Assembly (NCBI GenBank): GCA_016699105.1 | Contig: CP064960.1 | Coordinates: 811,696 to 875,695 of the forward strand | DNA length: 64,000 bases | Direction: 5' to 3' | DNA from: a bacterium | GTDB lineage: Bacteria > Patescibacteriota > Saccharimonadia > UBA4664 | Part shown: positions 51,893-62,193 of the stretch, piece after piece | Layout: every line of letters starts with the position of its first letter | Position numbering within the stretch: position 1 is the stretch's first letter | Notes under the pieces: model-generated | Seen by the model: the letters and a program-made list of their open reading frames with translations, nothing else | Told to the model about the DNA's origin: nothing | Databases searched by the model: none | Position numbers and translations under genes: made by a program

Positions 51893-53623
51893 ATGAATCA
51901 CTTTTTTGAAATGCTAACTCAGATTAAGAATAAAAAAGATGCCAAACCGAAGGAGCTAGCACTTAGTTTCGGAGAGCAGGACCCAATGGACATCATTTCC
52001 TATGCTGGTCTTGAGGAACAGATTGATTATGTGTGCATAGATGGTCAGTTCTTACGCACTTTGTATATCTCTGGGTATCCGTTTGTCGCAACTTCCGGTT
52101 GGCTAAATAGCCTCGTAAACTTCAATCACAACGCTGATATTTCCTACCACATGACCGCCGTGAATGCGACGCAGGCGCTTCCAAAGCTCCATAGGAAGAT
52201 CACCGAATTGGAATCAACTCGCCGATCCATGGTGCGCGCCGGAAAGATTATTGGGCCGGAAATCACTGACCCTCTCGATTCGGCAACCGTACTTCGGGAT
52301 AAAATTTTACGTGGGCAAGAAAAGCTCTTTCAGGTTTCCATTTATATTGCCTTAACGGCGACCGACCTCACCGAGTTGAATAAAGTTACAAAGCTACTTG
52401 AGACCGATCTGTCGTCTAGGCTGTTTTTCACCAAAGTAGCCAGGTATCAACAAATTGAAGGGCTGCAATCAATTCTGCCGCGAGCCGAAAATGCCCTCGA
52501 TCAGAAACGAAACTTGGATAGCTCTTCAGCGGCGCTGACGTTTCCGCTCATATCCTCCGAGCTAGTGCAGGAATCTGGCATTTTATATGGGGTCAACAAA
52601 TCAAATAACTCCCTCGTTATCTTGGATCGCTTTGGCCTCAACAATGCAAATAGTATTACGTTCGCGCAATCTGGCAGTGGCAAAAGCTATGCCGCAAAAG
52701 TTGAAATATTGCGGCAATTGATGCAAGGAACAAAAGTAATAGTGATTGACCCTGAGCGCGAGTATAAGCTGCTATCTGAGTCCGTGAAAGGCTCCTATAT
52801 TAAGCTATCGGCCAAATCGAAGGAAAAGATTAACCCCTTTGATATCGCAACGACCGCCCGGGCACGTGAAGACTTGGCGGAGCATATACAAGATTTGATC
52901 GAGATACTCTCGCTCATGGCTGAGGGATTGGCTCCTGCGGAGAAGGCGGCGCTCGATAAGGCAATCCTGACAATTTACGATGAAGCCGGCGAATCTACAC
53001 CACTTCTTCAAGATTTGTATGCTCAGCTACGCAAGCAAGGTTTCATCGTGCTGTGCGAACGGCTGGAAAAATACATTAGCGGTTCCTTGGCGGGCGTGTT
53101 TAACGAACAGACGAACATAGACTTAAATAACCGTCTCGTAGTTTTCGACATCAAGGATATGCCGGAAGCGTTGCGACAGATCATGATGATGATCATTTCG
53201 AACTTCGTTCAAAATGAGGTGAAAGTCCGGCCGCAAAAGCGGATGCTCGTGATTGATGAAGGATGGTTGCTCCTTGAGCATGAGGAAAGTGCGCGTTTTG
53301 TCACCGGTTTGGTACGAAGGGCGCGAAAATATTACCTGGGTGTTTCAATTATTTCTCAACAAGCAAATGACTTTCTGAATAATGATTACGGTCGAGCAAT
53401 CGCGTCACAAAGTAGTTTGCGCATACTTATGCGACAAGATACCACCACAATTAAGAACGTGGCTATGGAATTCAATCTCAGTGAGTGGGAAGAAAGCTTT
53501 CTGCTCACCTGCGAGCGCGGTGATGCGCTGCTCATTGCGGATCAGAACCATGTAGCAGTCAAAGTTGTAGCCTCTGGTAAAGAACACCCGCTAATAACTA
53601 CCAACCCTGGCGAAGTGTATTAA
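51893..53623 (+). CDS. virB4: T4SS ATPase VirB4/TrbE/PrgJ family (C-terminal ATPase domain)
   Basis: Walker A FAQSGSGKSY, Walker B MLVIDEGWLL, ...IISQQANDF... typical of VirB4-family ATPases. Confidence 0.8.
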   Translation: MNHFFEMLTQIKNKKDAKPKELALSFGEQDPMDIISYAGLEEQIDYVCIDGQFLRTLYISGYPFVATSGWLNSLVNFNHNADISYHMTAVNATQALPKLHRKITELESTRRSMVRAGKIIGPEITDPLDSATVLRDKILRGQEKLFQVSIYIALTATDLTELNKVTKLLETDLSSRLFFTKVARYQQIEGLQSILPRAENALDQKRNLDSSSAALTFPLISSELVQESGILYGVNKSNNSLVILDRFGLNNANSITFAQSGSGKSYAAKVEILRQLMQGTKVIVIDPEREYKLLSESVKGSYIKLSAKSKEKINPFDIATTARAREDLAEHIQDLIEILSLMAEGLAPAEKAALDKAILTIYDEAGESTPLLQDLYAQLRKQGFIVLCERLEKYISGSLAGVFNEQTNIDLNNRLVVFDIKDMPEALRQIMMMIISNFVQNEVKVRPQKRMLVIDEGWLLLEHEESARFVTGLVRRARKYYLGVSIISQQANDFLNNDYGRAIASQSSLRILMRQDTTTIKNVAMEFNLSEWEESFLLTCERGDALLIADQNHVAVKVVASGKEHPLITTNPGEVY

Positions 53624-53625
53624 CT

Positions 53626-54120
53626 ATGTTGCCATTGATTGCTAAAGGGGCCGTTTCATTCAAGCGAGAGATCTTGATGGTGCTTGCCTCAATGGCGGTT
53701 ATTGTAGCCCTCCCGGTGTTTGCATTGGCGTCGGCGTTAGATAAGACCCAGCTCGCCACACCAGAATTGAAACTGTATGACGGTCCCCTTTCGATTACAG
53801 CGGGATACGACTTTGGATACTGCACATACTGGGCCGCATTACGACGAGAACAGTCTGGCCACCCAATCCCGGTCACTTGGGGCAACGCAAATACTTGGGC
53901 AATTAGGGCACTTGGCGACGGTTATTCGGTGGGTCATCGCCCTGTCATGGGCGCGGTAATGCAAACCACTGCTGGCGCATTAGGGCATGTAGCTTACGTC
54001 GAATCGGTTGCGGCCGACGGGAGCTGGACAATTTCAGAAATGAACTTTAAGGGTTGGGATGAGGTTGATACCCGCACTCTCTCGGCGAAGGCAGCACTTG
54101 AATACAGCTTCATTTACTAA
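53626..54120 (+). CDS. CHAP-domain peptidoglycan hydrolase (VirB1 functional analogue)
   Basis: N-terminal TM/signal; CHAP catalytic Cys (DFGYCTYWAA) and His (GHVAYVESV). Confidence 0.7.
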   Translation: MLPLIAKGAVSFKREILMVLASMAVIVALPVFALASALDKTQLATPELKLYDGPLSITAGYDFGYCTYWAALRREQSGHPIPVTWGNANTWAIRALGDGYSVGHRPVMGAVMQTTAGALGHVAYVESVAADGSWTISEMNFKGWDEVDTRTLSAKAALEYSFIY

Positions 54121-54129
54121 GGTCTCAGT

Positions 54130-54930
54130 ATGGTAGAGACATCTCTTGTCGATCATTGGTTGCGCCTCCTTGAGGGTTTATTACCGGTTGTGATGGTGGC
54201 ACTTGGGGCAGTAGCTCTAGTAATAGTGCTGGGACTTCTGGTGCTAAATGCCATGGACTTCATACACCTAGGCCGGAAGCGGTCGGTGATTTTTGAGTTG
54301 ACCCCACCCGCGGGCTCAGACAAAACGCCGCAAGCTACTAGCCAGATGTTTGTCGTATTGCACGGGCTAAACTCTAGCCGGACGCTTCCCGACAAGCTGC
54401 TCCGTCGTAAAGTTCGATTTGCACTTGAGATTGTATCTACGCGGAAACTTGGCATCCGCTATCTAATCCGAGTGAGTGAAGATGAGGCGACAACTTTTGA
54501 GCACAGCATTCGTTCGTATCTACCAGATGCCAAACTCACTAGAGTAGAAGACTACCTACCCGATACAAAGGGATTGAGGCAGGCACGTGTTATCGAGGCG
54601 AAACAAACGGGTCATTTTGCGTATCCGTTGCGCACGCAATTCTCGTTGAGCCAGCTCGACCCAATTGCCTATCTGACTGGTGCAATGACGAAGCTGGAGC
54701 CAGATGAGTTAGTGGCATTCCAAATCGTTGTTACACCAGCAAAGATCCGCAGCGCTCAAACCCTGGCGCAGGGAGTTTTTCAGAACACTGAGATGCTCAG
54801 TCAACTAGGCAAGCACCGAGCATCCATGATGCCGGCTGTATTCGGTGGGATTAATACGGTGCTTTTAGCATCACCGAGGAGCTGGCGAGATATTTCACGG
54901 GTCAGGCGGAAATGCTCACCGAGGCAATGA
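54130..54930 (+). CDS. membrane protein with N-terminal TM hairpin; possibly the N-terminal part of the coupling protein
   Basis: 266 aa; N-terminal TM (LLPVVMVALGAVALVIVLGLLVL). Alternative reading frames at its 3' end stay open toward the downstream ATPase ORF, which fits the indel pattern seen elsewhere. Confidence 0.35.
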   Translation: MVETSLVDHWLRLLEGLLPVVMVALGAVALVIVLGLLVLNAMDFIHLGRKRSVIFELTPPAGSDKTPQATSQMFVVLHGLNSSRTLPDKLLRRKVRFALEIVSTRKLGIRYLIRVSEDEATTFEHSIRSYLPDAKLTRVEDYLPDTKGLRQARVIEAKQTGHFAYPLRTQFSLSQLDPIAYLTGAMTKLEPDELVAFQIVVTPAKIRSAQTLAQGVFQNTEMLSQLGKHRASMMPAVFGGINTVLLASPRSWRDISRVRRKCSPRQ

Positions 54931-55068
54931 GGCACTTTCTAGTCATCGTCAGCAAGTAGCTTTGGGAATTAAACCTGCTCGCGTACTTTCTGCATTTGAG
55001 CAGGAATTGGCGGCGGTGTTCACGAAAAGCTGAGCCAGCCACTGTTTCGCGCCAGTATTCGGGCCTTT

Positions 55069-56757
55069 GTGATTGCTCGGTCAGATGAAACAGAGAGTCA
55101 ACGCGTCAGATCGATTCGGGATTGGCTAACGGCGCTTGGTGACCCGCGATTTCAATCGTTGCGTGCTCGGCTAGAATTGCCGTTTAAGTTACTCCAACCA
55201 TATCGCAGGTTTATGTATGCCAGGCGTATGCCCGCATTAATAAACAAGAACGGCGGTATATTCTCGTCTACTGAACTCGGTGAGCTGTACCATATCGCCC
55301 ATTCCAAAGCCGCTAAGACTGAAAACGTTGCACGATCACTGAGCAAGACGTTGCCGGCTCAAATATCGCTCAAGGGAAATCCAAACTTTGATGTAATTTT
55401 GGGAAAGAATGTTCACCACGGCTCGACTACGGCAATAGGTCTAACGACCATTGAGCGAGAACGGCACATATACATCATCGGTGGTACAGGCAATGGCAAG
55501 ACGACCATGATGCTGTATGGAATGGTGCAAGATTTGAAAAATGGAAAAGGTTTTGCGTTCGTTGATCCTCACGGGGATGCGGCCGAGGAGGTATTGCGGC
55601 ATGTACCTGAAGACCGCGTTGAAAACGTAATTTATTTCAATCCTGATGATCTTTCGCACCCCATTGGCCTGAACCTACTTGAGATACCAGAGGGGCTATC
55701 CGGTGATGATCTGCTCCGAGAGAAAGACCGAGTGACCGAAGCGACAATTTCTGTATTCCGAAAGATCTTCTCTGATGATGGCACTGGCGGGCATCGAATT
55801 GAATATGTGCTTCGAAACACCATTCAAACGGCACTTACGATGGAAGGCGCTACCCTCTTCACGATCTTTCGTCTACTCAACGATGATGATTATCGCAAAA
55901 CGATTGTCGATAAGTTGACCGACGAAGACCTCAAGAATTTCTGGGAGAATGAGCTGGGTAAGGCTGGAGACTTCCAGCGGGTTAAGATGAGCGCTGGTAT
56001 TACGGCCAAAGTCGGGCGGTTTCTATTCTCTGCATCGGCAAAGCGGATTCTTGAACAGCCTCGGTCAACGATCGATTTCGATGATATTTTGGCTTCTGGG
56101 AAAGTACTGGTCTGTAATTTCTCAAAGGGATTGCTCGGCGAAGATACCTCTGAGCTCTTTGGTATTACGGTGCTGGCAAAATTACAGATGGCGGCGCTTC
56201 GTCGCGCTCGGATCGGAGCGGCAAACCGGCGGCCATATTACTTGTACGTGGACGAGTTCCAGAACTTTGCCACAATGTCGTTTGTGCAAATGCTATCTGA
56301 AGCGAGGAAGTACAAATTATTCCTGACAATGGCCGAGCAATCTACCTCGCAACAGGACGACCAGCAGATGGTCAATATCATCTTCGCGAACGTCGGAACG
56401 GTCGTATGCTTCAGAACAGGTAATCCGGCCGACGAGAAATATCTCCTTCCCCTCTTCTCGCCCTATATCCAGGCTGGCGAGATTGCAAACCTACCGGCCT
56501 TCAACTTCTACGCCAGACTGTCCGCTGTGTCCTCTCAAGAGCCTACATCAGGTGAAACGATTGTACTTGTTGAAGTTGGTGATGAGGTTATTGCTGACCG
56601 GGTCCGGGAGACTTCTAGGGCAAAGTATGCGATTCGATATGTCGACGGCGTAGAGGCAAAAGGAACAGCGAAAGCCATGCCGGACGCTAACCCCAAACGT
56701 GGGGCTCTTCCTAAGAATACGGGGGCAAGAAAGCGTAAATCAGCAGCAGCCGTGTAA
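55069..56757 (+). CDS. virD4: VirD4/TraG/TraD-like type IV coupling protein ATPase
   Basis: Walker A IIGGTGNGKTT, Walker B YLYVDEFQNF, ...MAEQSTSQ...; the TrwB/VirD4 family architecture. Confidence 0.7.
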   Translation: MIARSDETESQRVRSIRDWLTALGDPRFQSLRARLELPFKLLQPYRRFMYARRMPALINKNGGIFSSTELGELYHIAHSKAAKTENVARSLSKTLPAQISLKGNPNFDVILGKNVHHGSTTAIGLTTIERERHIYIIGGTGNGKTTMMLYGMVQDLKNGKGFAFVDPHGDAAEEVLRHVPEDRVENVIYFNPDDLSHPIGLNLLEIPEGLSGDDLLREKDRVTEATISVFRKIFSDDGTGGHRIEYVLRNTIQTALTMEGATLFTIFRLLNDDDYRKTIVDKLTDEDLKNFWENELGKAGDFQRVKMSAGITAKVGRFLFSASAKRILEQPRSTIDFDDILASGKVLVCNFSKGLLGEDTSELFGITVLAKLQMAALRRARIGAANRRPYYLYVDEFQNFATMSFVQMLSEARKYKLFLTMAEQSTSQQDDQQMVNIIFANVGTVVCFRTGNPADEKYLLPLFSPYIQAGEIANLPAFNFYARLSAVSSQEPTSGETIVLVEVGDEVIADRVRETSRAKYAIRYVDGVEAKGTAKAMPDANPKRGALPKNTGARKRKSAAAV

Positions 56758-56818
56758 CTGGCTATGTTTGGTTTATGTGCGGCCAAGTGCTATTCTCGCT
56801 TGCAGGGGGATTGCAAAA

Positions 56819-57025
56819 ATGAACAATCAATTGTTACTCAAATTCGGGCAGGTTGTTAAAGACGGGCGTCGGATACACGGTATGGAAGTTTGGCACCTTG
56901 CCGAACGCGTAAGCATGTCGGTGGATGACATTCATCAGATTGAACGCGGGGTATATGATCCCAAGCTCAGCCAAATGCAGGCGCTGGCTCGGGTGTTAGA
57001 TTTCCAGATCGCTGACTTTTTGTGA
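56819..57025 (+). CDS. XRE-family HTH transcriptional regulator (68 aa)
   Basis: MNNQLLLKFGQVVKDGRRIHGMEVWHLAERVSMSVDDIHQIERGVYDPKLSQMQALARVLDFQIADFL, a Cro/C1 HTH; ATG 56819 preceded by GGGGGATTGCAAAA. Confidence 0.6.
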   Translation: MNNQLLLKFGQVVKDGRRIHGMEVWHLAERVSMSVDDIHQIERGVYDPKLSQMQALARVLDFQIADFL

Positions 57026-57193
57026 TTTGAGGCTATTTTGCAGTTCCTGCAAGCGGACACAATCAATGTCTGGTGTGTGTGGCGGAGTGGGTGATAATTG
57101 CTTCTATCGGAAAGCCGGCGTAAAACACGTGCATTGTGCCGTTTGCCATGCAGCTATATTGCTTCAAATTGTCGAAGCTCAAAGACGCGTTGA

Positions 57194-57856
57194 TTACTGT
57201 TGAACGGGTAAGATGAGTTCGGGCGAGTTGTTTTTAATATTTCCGACTCTGCGATCCACCGCGTACATATTCATTTCATTTGCCGGGTATGGGTCAATTA
57301 GCGGCGAAATACGCTCCGGCTCGATCCGGTCTGGGTCGATCCACTCTTTCTCTTCGTCATGCGAGAGAATGACTGGCATCCGATCGTGGACTTTGGCCAC
57401 AAGTTCGTTTGGAGTAGTCGTAAGAATGGTGAAGGTTTTGAGCTCTCGTCCCTCAACGTCTTTGCGTGTGATAAACAAACCGGCGAACGAGAATAATTCG
57501 CGGTCTTTGATGGTGAAGTATTGCGGGATTTTGTCGGTGCCAAGTTTGAGCCATTCATAAAAGCCAGTGGCTGGGACCAGGCAACGCTGGGTGATGATGG
57601 GCTTTTTATAGGTAGGTTTTTCAAAGACAGTCTCACCCACTGCGTTGATCATGGAGTACGCGATTTTTTCATCTTTAGCCCACTGGGGGATGAGACCCCA
57701 TTTCATCATTTCAAGGCCGTCCGAGGTGACAACTGGGGCATATTGCGTGGGTGCAACGTTATAGTTTGGGCCACGATAGCCCTCGCCCGCTAGCTCGTGG
57801 TGGTAGTAGTGTTCGAGGTCTTGTTGGGCTTTAATGAGTGAGAAGCGTCCGCACAT
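57194..57856 (-). CDS. SOS-response-associated peptidase (SRAP/YedK/HMCES family)
   Basis: Invariant N-terminal MCGRF (Cys2 nucleophile) and 220 aa length. Confidence 0.85.
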   Translation of the reverse strand: MCGRFSLIKAQQDLEHYYHHELAGEGYRGPNYNVAPTQYAPVVTSDGLEMMKWGLIPQWAKDEKIAYSMINAVGETVFEKPTYKKPIITQRCLVPATGFYEWLKLGTDKIPQYFTIKDRELFSFAGLFITRKDVEGRELKTFTILTTTPNELVAKVHDRMPVILSHDEEKEWIDPDRIEPERISPLIDPYPANEMNMYAVDRRVGNIKNNSPELILPVQQ

Positions 57857-57880
57857 ATATTAATCACCAATCAGCCCATG

Positions 57881-60202
57881 TTATAAATTCTGAGCAACAT
57901 TGAATCGTGTCCATTTTTTAAGGTTTGGGTCATAGGATGCCTCTGTATAGACATATAATCCGTCAGGTCGCTTGTTTAAAATGCCGCCTTTGACGAACTT
58001 CCCATCTGCATTTTGTAGCTTGATGTATTCTTGCAGAGCATTGGATTTATCGTGAGTTGAAAGCTCAGTGACTGTGCGTCCCGATTTCGTGTCATATATA
58101 CCTAAACTGCCATCGTTGTATTTGACGACATAATCAGGATAAAAGCTCGCGATTTTTACTAACTTAGTCTCTTCATCTGTTGTTTTATATGGGATCGCAA
58201 AGTACTGTTGTTGTGATTCACCGTTTTTATACCACCATTCAACCTTGTTACTGTCTTCGAGCGCTTTCTCGAGGTATTTTTCGGGCTCGGATCTATCCTT
58301 ACGAAGGTAGCATTCATCTAATGCGTAGTGTTTGTTTGGCAGTAGCTCGTAGTTTTCGCCGAAAGTATCAACTTCCGGTAGCACGAAAATGTAGTTCGTC
58401 GTTGTTTTCCTCTCCGCTATCTCGGCTGGTTTCACCTTTTCATACCGTAGCTTTGCTGTTTTTATAACCTCATCAAATACCGTCTGGTTTTTGCTCGAAC
58501 ATGCTATTACTCTTTGCGCCTCGTGCCACTTAGCCTGATCATAGCCAATGTAGCTGAACCATTTGTATATGGCTGTTTTGAGCTTCGAGAATGACCGGAC
58601 CGGTGCGTAAGGTAGACACCAGGCCTTAAGAATGTAGTCGAACTCCTTTTGGATATTGGCATCGCTCACATCTGCCTGAATTCTCTCAAGATCCAGGCTG
58701 CCGATTTCATCTTGTATCTCGTCGAGATTATGAAACACGACATCAGCTAATAAGGGTGTTTTTAGCTCTTCGGCATAGAGCTCGAGTTCGACGTCCGCTT
58801 TGTCGTAGGCTTGATTCACCATATCCGTCTGGGATATACCGAAGCGCTCATTTAGACACTTGACTAATATGCCGCTAAAGCTCGCTGTCAGGTCACCATA
58901 ATCTTGTCGATGGAGGTATACACTAGGCAGCTGGATTTTACTGATTGAATTTTTGAGGTGGGAGAATTTGTTCTTAAAGAAGTCTAAATCCTCCGGCTTG
59001 TTGCTGACGGCGATATTCGCAATGTTTGTGTAAACATATGCCTTATTTAGTATCGGTTCATCATAGTGTTTCGCTTCAGGCATCCGGAGAATACGGCCAA
59101 CTGTTTGGATCTCGAATGTCATTGAACGTATGGCTCGCAACATCACCAGTATCTGTGCTCGTGGGCAGTCCCAGCCAACCGCAACTGCCTCTTTGAAGAT
59201 TAGAACGTCGACTTCAGATTGGTTCTTTTCAATCAATGCGAGATTTTGTTTATCGTCCGCGAGCCATACTGCAAGATTCCCCGACTCGTATGTTATTCCG
59301 TGCCCACTTAAAAGGTTCTCAACTTCCTCTCTGACACTTTTGTCCAATGTAGATGTCTTTTCCGACTCGCTCGGCAACTGGACGAGAAGTAGAGGATTTA
59401 TGGCTATGTTGCTCTTTTTATACAATTCAGCGAGTTCAGTGCGTTTTGCTAGGGCCGCTTCGAGTACTATCGAGTCCGCTGAGCTTGCCAAATCGACATA
59501 GTGCCCGATCGATTGGTTGATAATCGTTTCCTGTTTGATCAGCCCCGACTTAGCTACCTCATCAAAAGGAACGCTAACAAAGCCCGCTTTCTTGTTAATC
59601 ACATCTTCGGCTTCCACCCTCAAGAGTGGCGTGGCAGATACTTCGATCGTTAACTTCGGCTTAAAGACTTCTGCTACGAAGCGTTGGGAATTCTCGGTTA
59701 GATAATTTCGATGGGCCTCGTCGACAATTAGAATGATCTCTCGACCCGCATCACGTGTTCTTTCGAGAACATCAACTATACTCCTCCCGTCTTCACGCTC
59801 CCTGACAAAGGCGTTCGACCATTCGCGTTGGCTGCTTTCGCCATTTTGCCTTGTACTGGTTAGACTGTGCCAGTTGACGAAAATGATTGAGTTTTCGTCT
59901 AGGGCATCCTGGCCGATCTCATCTAGGATAAGTAGGTTGTACCTACTGTCGTGCAGGTAGCTCGCTAATTTTGCTTTGCTTTGCGAGTGTAGATCGTACA
60001 GGCTCGTCCAGATAAATACATATTTCCCAGGTAATTCTTCCGAGGCTAAGCGTTGCAGGAATTCGGCCATCATTATTGTTTTGCCTGAGCCTGTCGGTGC
60101 TTTGAAAACGCACGATGCGCTACCAACGCTTCCGAATAATGGCCGTATCTGTTTAAGAAGATTTGATACAGCTGTTTGCTGATACTCTTTCAGTTCGATC
60201 AT
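57881..60202 (-). CDS. res: Type III restriction enzyme Res subunit (SF2 helicase)
   Basis: Motif I KAPTGSGKT, motif II LLILDEIGQ / IVDEAHRN; 773 aa; start overlaps the stop of the upstream mod gene. Confidence 0.8.
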   Translation of the reverse strand: MIELKEYQQTAVSNLLKQIRPLFGSVGSASCVFKAPTGSGKTIMMAEFLQRLASEELPGKYVFIWTSLYDLHSQSKAKLASYLHDSRYNLLILDEIGQDALDENSIIFVNWHSLTSTRQNGESSQREWSNAFVREREDGRSIVDVLERTRDAGREIILIVDEAHRNYLTENSQRFVAEVFKPKLTIEVSATPLLRVEAEDVINKKAGFVSVPFDEVAKSGLIKQETIINQSIGHYVDLASSADSIVLEAALAKRTELAELYKKSNIAINPLLLVQLPSESEKTSTLDKSVREEVENLLSGHGITYESGNLAVWLADDKQNLALIEKNQSEVDVLIFKEAVAVGWDCPRAQILVMLRAIRSMTFEIQTVGRILRMPEAKHYDEPILNKAYVYTNIANIAVSNKPEDLDFFKNKFSHLKNSISKIQLPSVYLHRQDYGDLTASFSGILVKCLNERFGISQTDMVNQAYDKADVELELYAEELKTPLLADVVFHNLDEIQDEIGSLDLERIQADVSDANIQKEFDYILKAWCLPYAPVRSFSKLKTAIYKWFSYIGYDQAKWHEAQRVIACSSKNQTVFDEVIKTAKLRYEKVKPAEIAERKTTTNYIFVLPEVDTFGENYELLPNKHYALDECYLRKDRSEPEKYLEKALEDSNKVEWWYKNGESQQQYFAIPYKTTDEETKLVKIASFYPDYVVKYNDGSLGIYDTKSGRTVTELSTHDKSNALQEYIKLQNADGKFVKGGILNKRPDGLYVYTEASYDPNLKKWTRFNVAQNL

Positions 60203-60204
60203 GG

Positions 60205-62193
60205 CTACCTTCCTATGCTTTCTTGGTGCTCAGGAAAAACCCTACGATATACCTCAAGTATGCTTTCAGGTATCGCACGAAGTTCATGAGTGTTTGCAAT
60301 ATCGGCAAGGTCGGACTCGTACGTGTCGTTGCTTAGGCTGAATACATATATGTGTAAGGCCTTATCTAAGTCTAGGCTAGCGGCCTTCATTTTGAATTCT
60401 GAAATAGCCTCAGGGCTGAAAATTATTGCTGCGAAGTTGCCGGCACCCTCGAATATTTTATATGTTTCGGTATCCGCAACCGTACTAAAGGCATCTTCGC
60501 GCAAACATATCATTTCAGTGCTCCGTGCGACGAGCTCGGCCCGTGTTTGGTCATCGCTTCTTTTCTTGCTGACGAATGTGGTTCTGAAATATCGCAAGTT
60601 TGCTGGAACCGCCTTGGTTTTATCGAACCCATCAATAACCGCCTTAACCCGCGGGTAGGTGACCTCGTCCGCAATATTGCTTTCGTTATTGGTGCATAGA
60701 ATAAAGGTCCTGCTTCCACCAGCTTCTTCATTAATTCTCAATACAGCTTCACCAGTTGTTCCTGAGCCGGCAAAAAAGTCGAGTACAACGGCATCGGGAT
60801 TATTTTTCACTAACGCAGACAACGTGTCTCTAACTGCATTAATGGATTTAGGAAAAGGAAAAGACCTTTCCCCAAGCATTTTCCTTAAATAGTCAGCCCC
60901 GTATGCTCCTGCGTCATGTGCTGAACGATGCCACACTGTCTTTATTCTTCGTTCCGCTTCGCCTGTGTAACGAGCGGTAACAACGTTCCTGCTATCATCA
61001 AACGAAATGATATCAAGAATACCGCTTTGGATTTGCTCCTGCGCCTGTTTACTCAAATAGCTTATCGGCCAGGTTTTACGCTTGGCATCATATGAGCCGA
61101 CGGCAACGTATCCGACTTCGATTAACTTCTTAAGTGAGGTGTGGCCGACACCCCATCGCCCCTGCGACCCATCTGTGCTGATAGGCCAGACAGGGGTCAG
61201 CCCATTAATCTTAGACGTGAAGTCCGGCTGCTCTTCAAATGGGATCGGCTCACCAACATCTAAAACAGCTTTTCTCTTTTCGTCGATAAGTACGGGATAG
61301 AACATGTTCTTCCTATCCTCTCGCTTCGCATTTGCTCCAGATCTAAGAAGGCCCTTCCATCTCGGTGTCTCAATCCCCTTTTCCTCCTCGGACATAGGGG
61401 TTAGCAAGTCGTCTCCAATGCTGTGTACGGTGGCATTTCCGAAGAAGCAGAAGAATGCATATTCATCAACACGAGAGAACCTTCCTTGGGTTACACCCTT
61501 AGGGTTGATGACGATAGTGATCATTTGTATGTACGCATCCGGATAAATTTCGGCCAAGAGAACCCCGAGGTTATTCACTTCGTGTTCATCGATCGTGACA
61601 ACTATTACTGCGTCATCCTTAATGAGGCTACGTGCGAGTCTGAGCCGCTTTTCCATAAAGCTCAGCCATTTGCTATGCCTCCAAGTATCATTAGAATCCA
61701 CGAACTGGTTGTTGTATTTCCAGTCTCTCGCGCCCGTGTTATATGGCGGGTCGGCATATATGACATCAACTTTCCCTGCGTGGGTGTAGTTCAGAACTGA
61801 GAGAGCATGATAATTGTCGCCCTCGATAATGTAATTATTTGGTTTTCCTTCGAGTGCCGTAATGGCCAATTCCGGCGCCTCCTCAAGTACTGGTAGTTCG
61901 GTTTGGCATTTCTGTACGACGTCTTCGGGCTTATCTTCCCAAACAAGTCCAAATTTCTTGTTTCTCTTAAGCCCATCAATGACCTTTAAGAGCTCTTCTT
62001 TTGTATAGTCCTCAAGGCGTTTCTGCATATGCACTGAATGGTTCTTTCGAGTAAGAGTGTAACTTTGCTTTGATGTTATTACTATCAGTATATCAGTCAG
62101 AGCTAGGATTCGTTTGCCGCCCCAACCCCGCGCAGCAAAATACGTTAAACAGTACTTCGCCTTGTTACGTAGATGATCAGCGGGGGGCCTCAA
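60205..62193 (-). CDS. mod: Type III R-M Mod subunit (beta-class N6-adenine DNA methyltransferase)
   Basis: Motif IV VIYADPPYN precedes motif I DFFAGSGTTGEA (beta order); 662 aa. Confidence 0.85.
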   Translation of the reverse strand: MRPPADHLRNKAKYCLTYFAARGWGGKRILALTDILIVITSKQSYTLTRKNHSVHMQKRLEDYTKEELLKVIDGLKRNKKFGLVWEDKPEDVVQKCQTELPVLEEAPELAITALEGKPNNYIIEGDNYHALSVLNYTHAGKVDVIYADPPYNTGARDWKYNNQFVDSNDTWRHSKWLSFMEKRLRLARSLIKDDAVIVVTIDEHEVNNLGVLLAEIYPDAYIQMITIVINPKGVTQGRFSRVDEYAFFCFFGNATVHSIGDDLLTPMSEEEKGIETPRWKGLLRSGANAKREDRKNMFYPVLIDEKRKAVLDVGEPIPFEEQPDFTSKINGLTPVWPISTDGSQGRWGVGHTSLKKLIEVGYVAVGSYDAKRKTWPISYLSKQAQEQIQSGILDIISFDDSRNVVTARYTGEAERRIKTVWHRSAHDAGAYGADYLRKMLGERSFPFPKSINAVRDTLSALVKNNPDAVVLDFFAGSGTTGEAVLRINEEAGGSRTFILCTNNESNIADEVTYPRVKAVIDGFDKTKAVPANLRYFRTTFVSKKRSDDQTRAELVARSTEMICLREDAFSTVADTETYKIFEGAGNFAAIIFSPEAISEFKMKAASLDLDKALHIYVFSLSNDTYESDLADIANTHELRAIPESILEVYRRVFPEHQESIGR

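Noticed and set aside
56699-57025. 108-aa version of the second XRE ORF starting at 56699
   Set aside because: The N-terminal 40 aa overlap the VirD4 3' end in another frame and are Cys/Leu-rich junk. The conserved HTH domain starts at ATG 56819.
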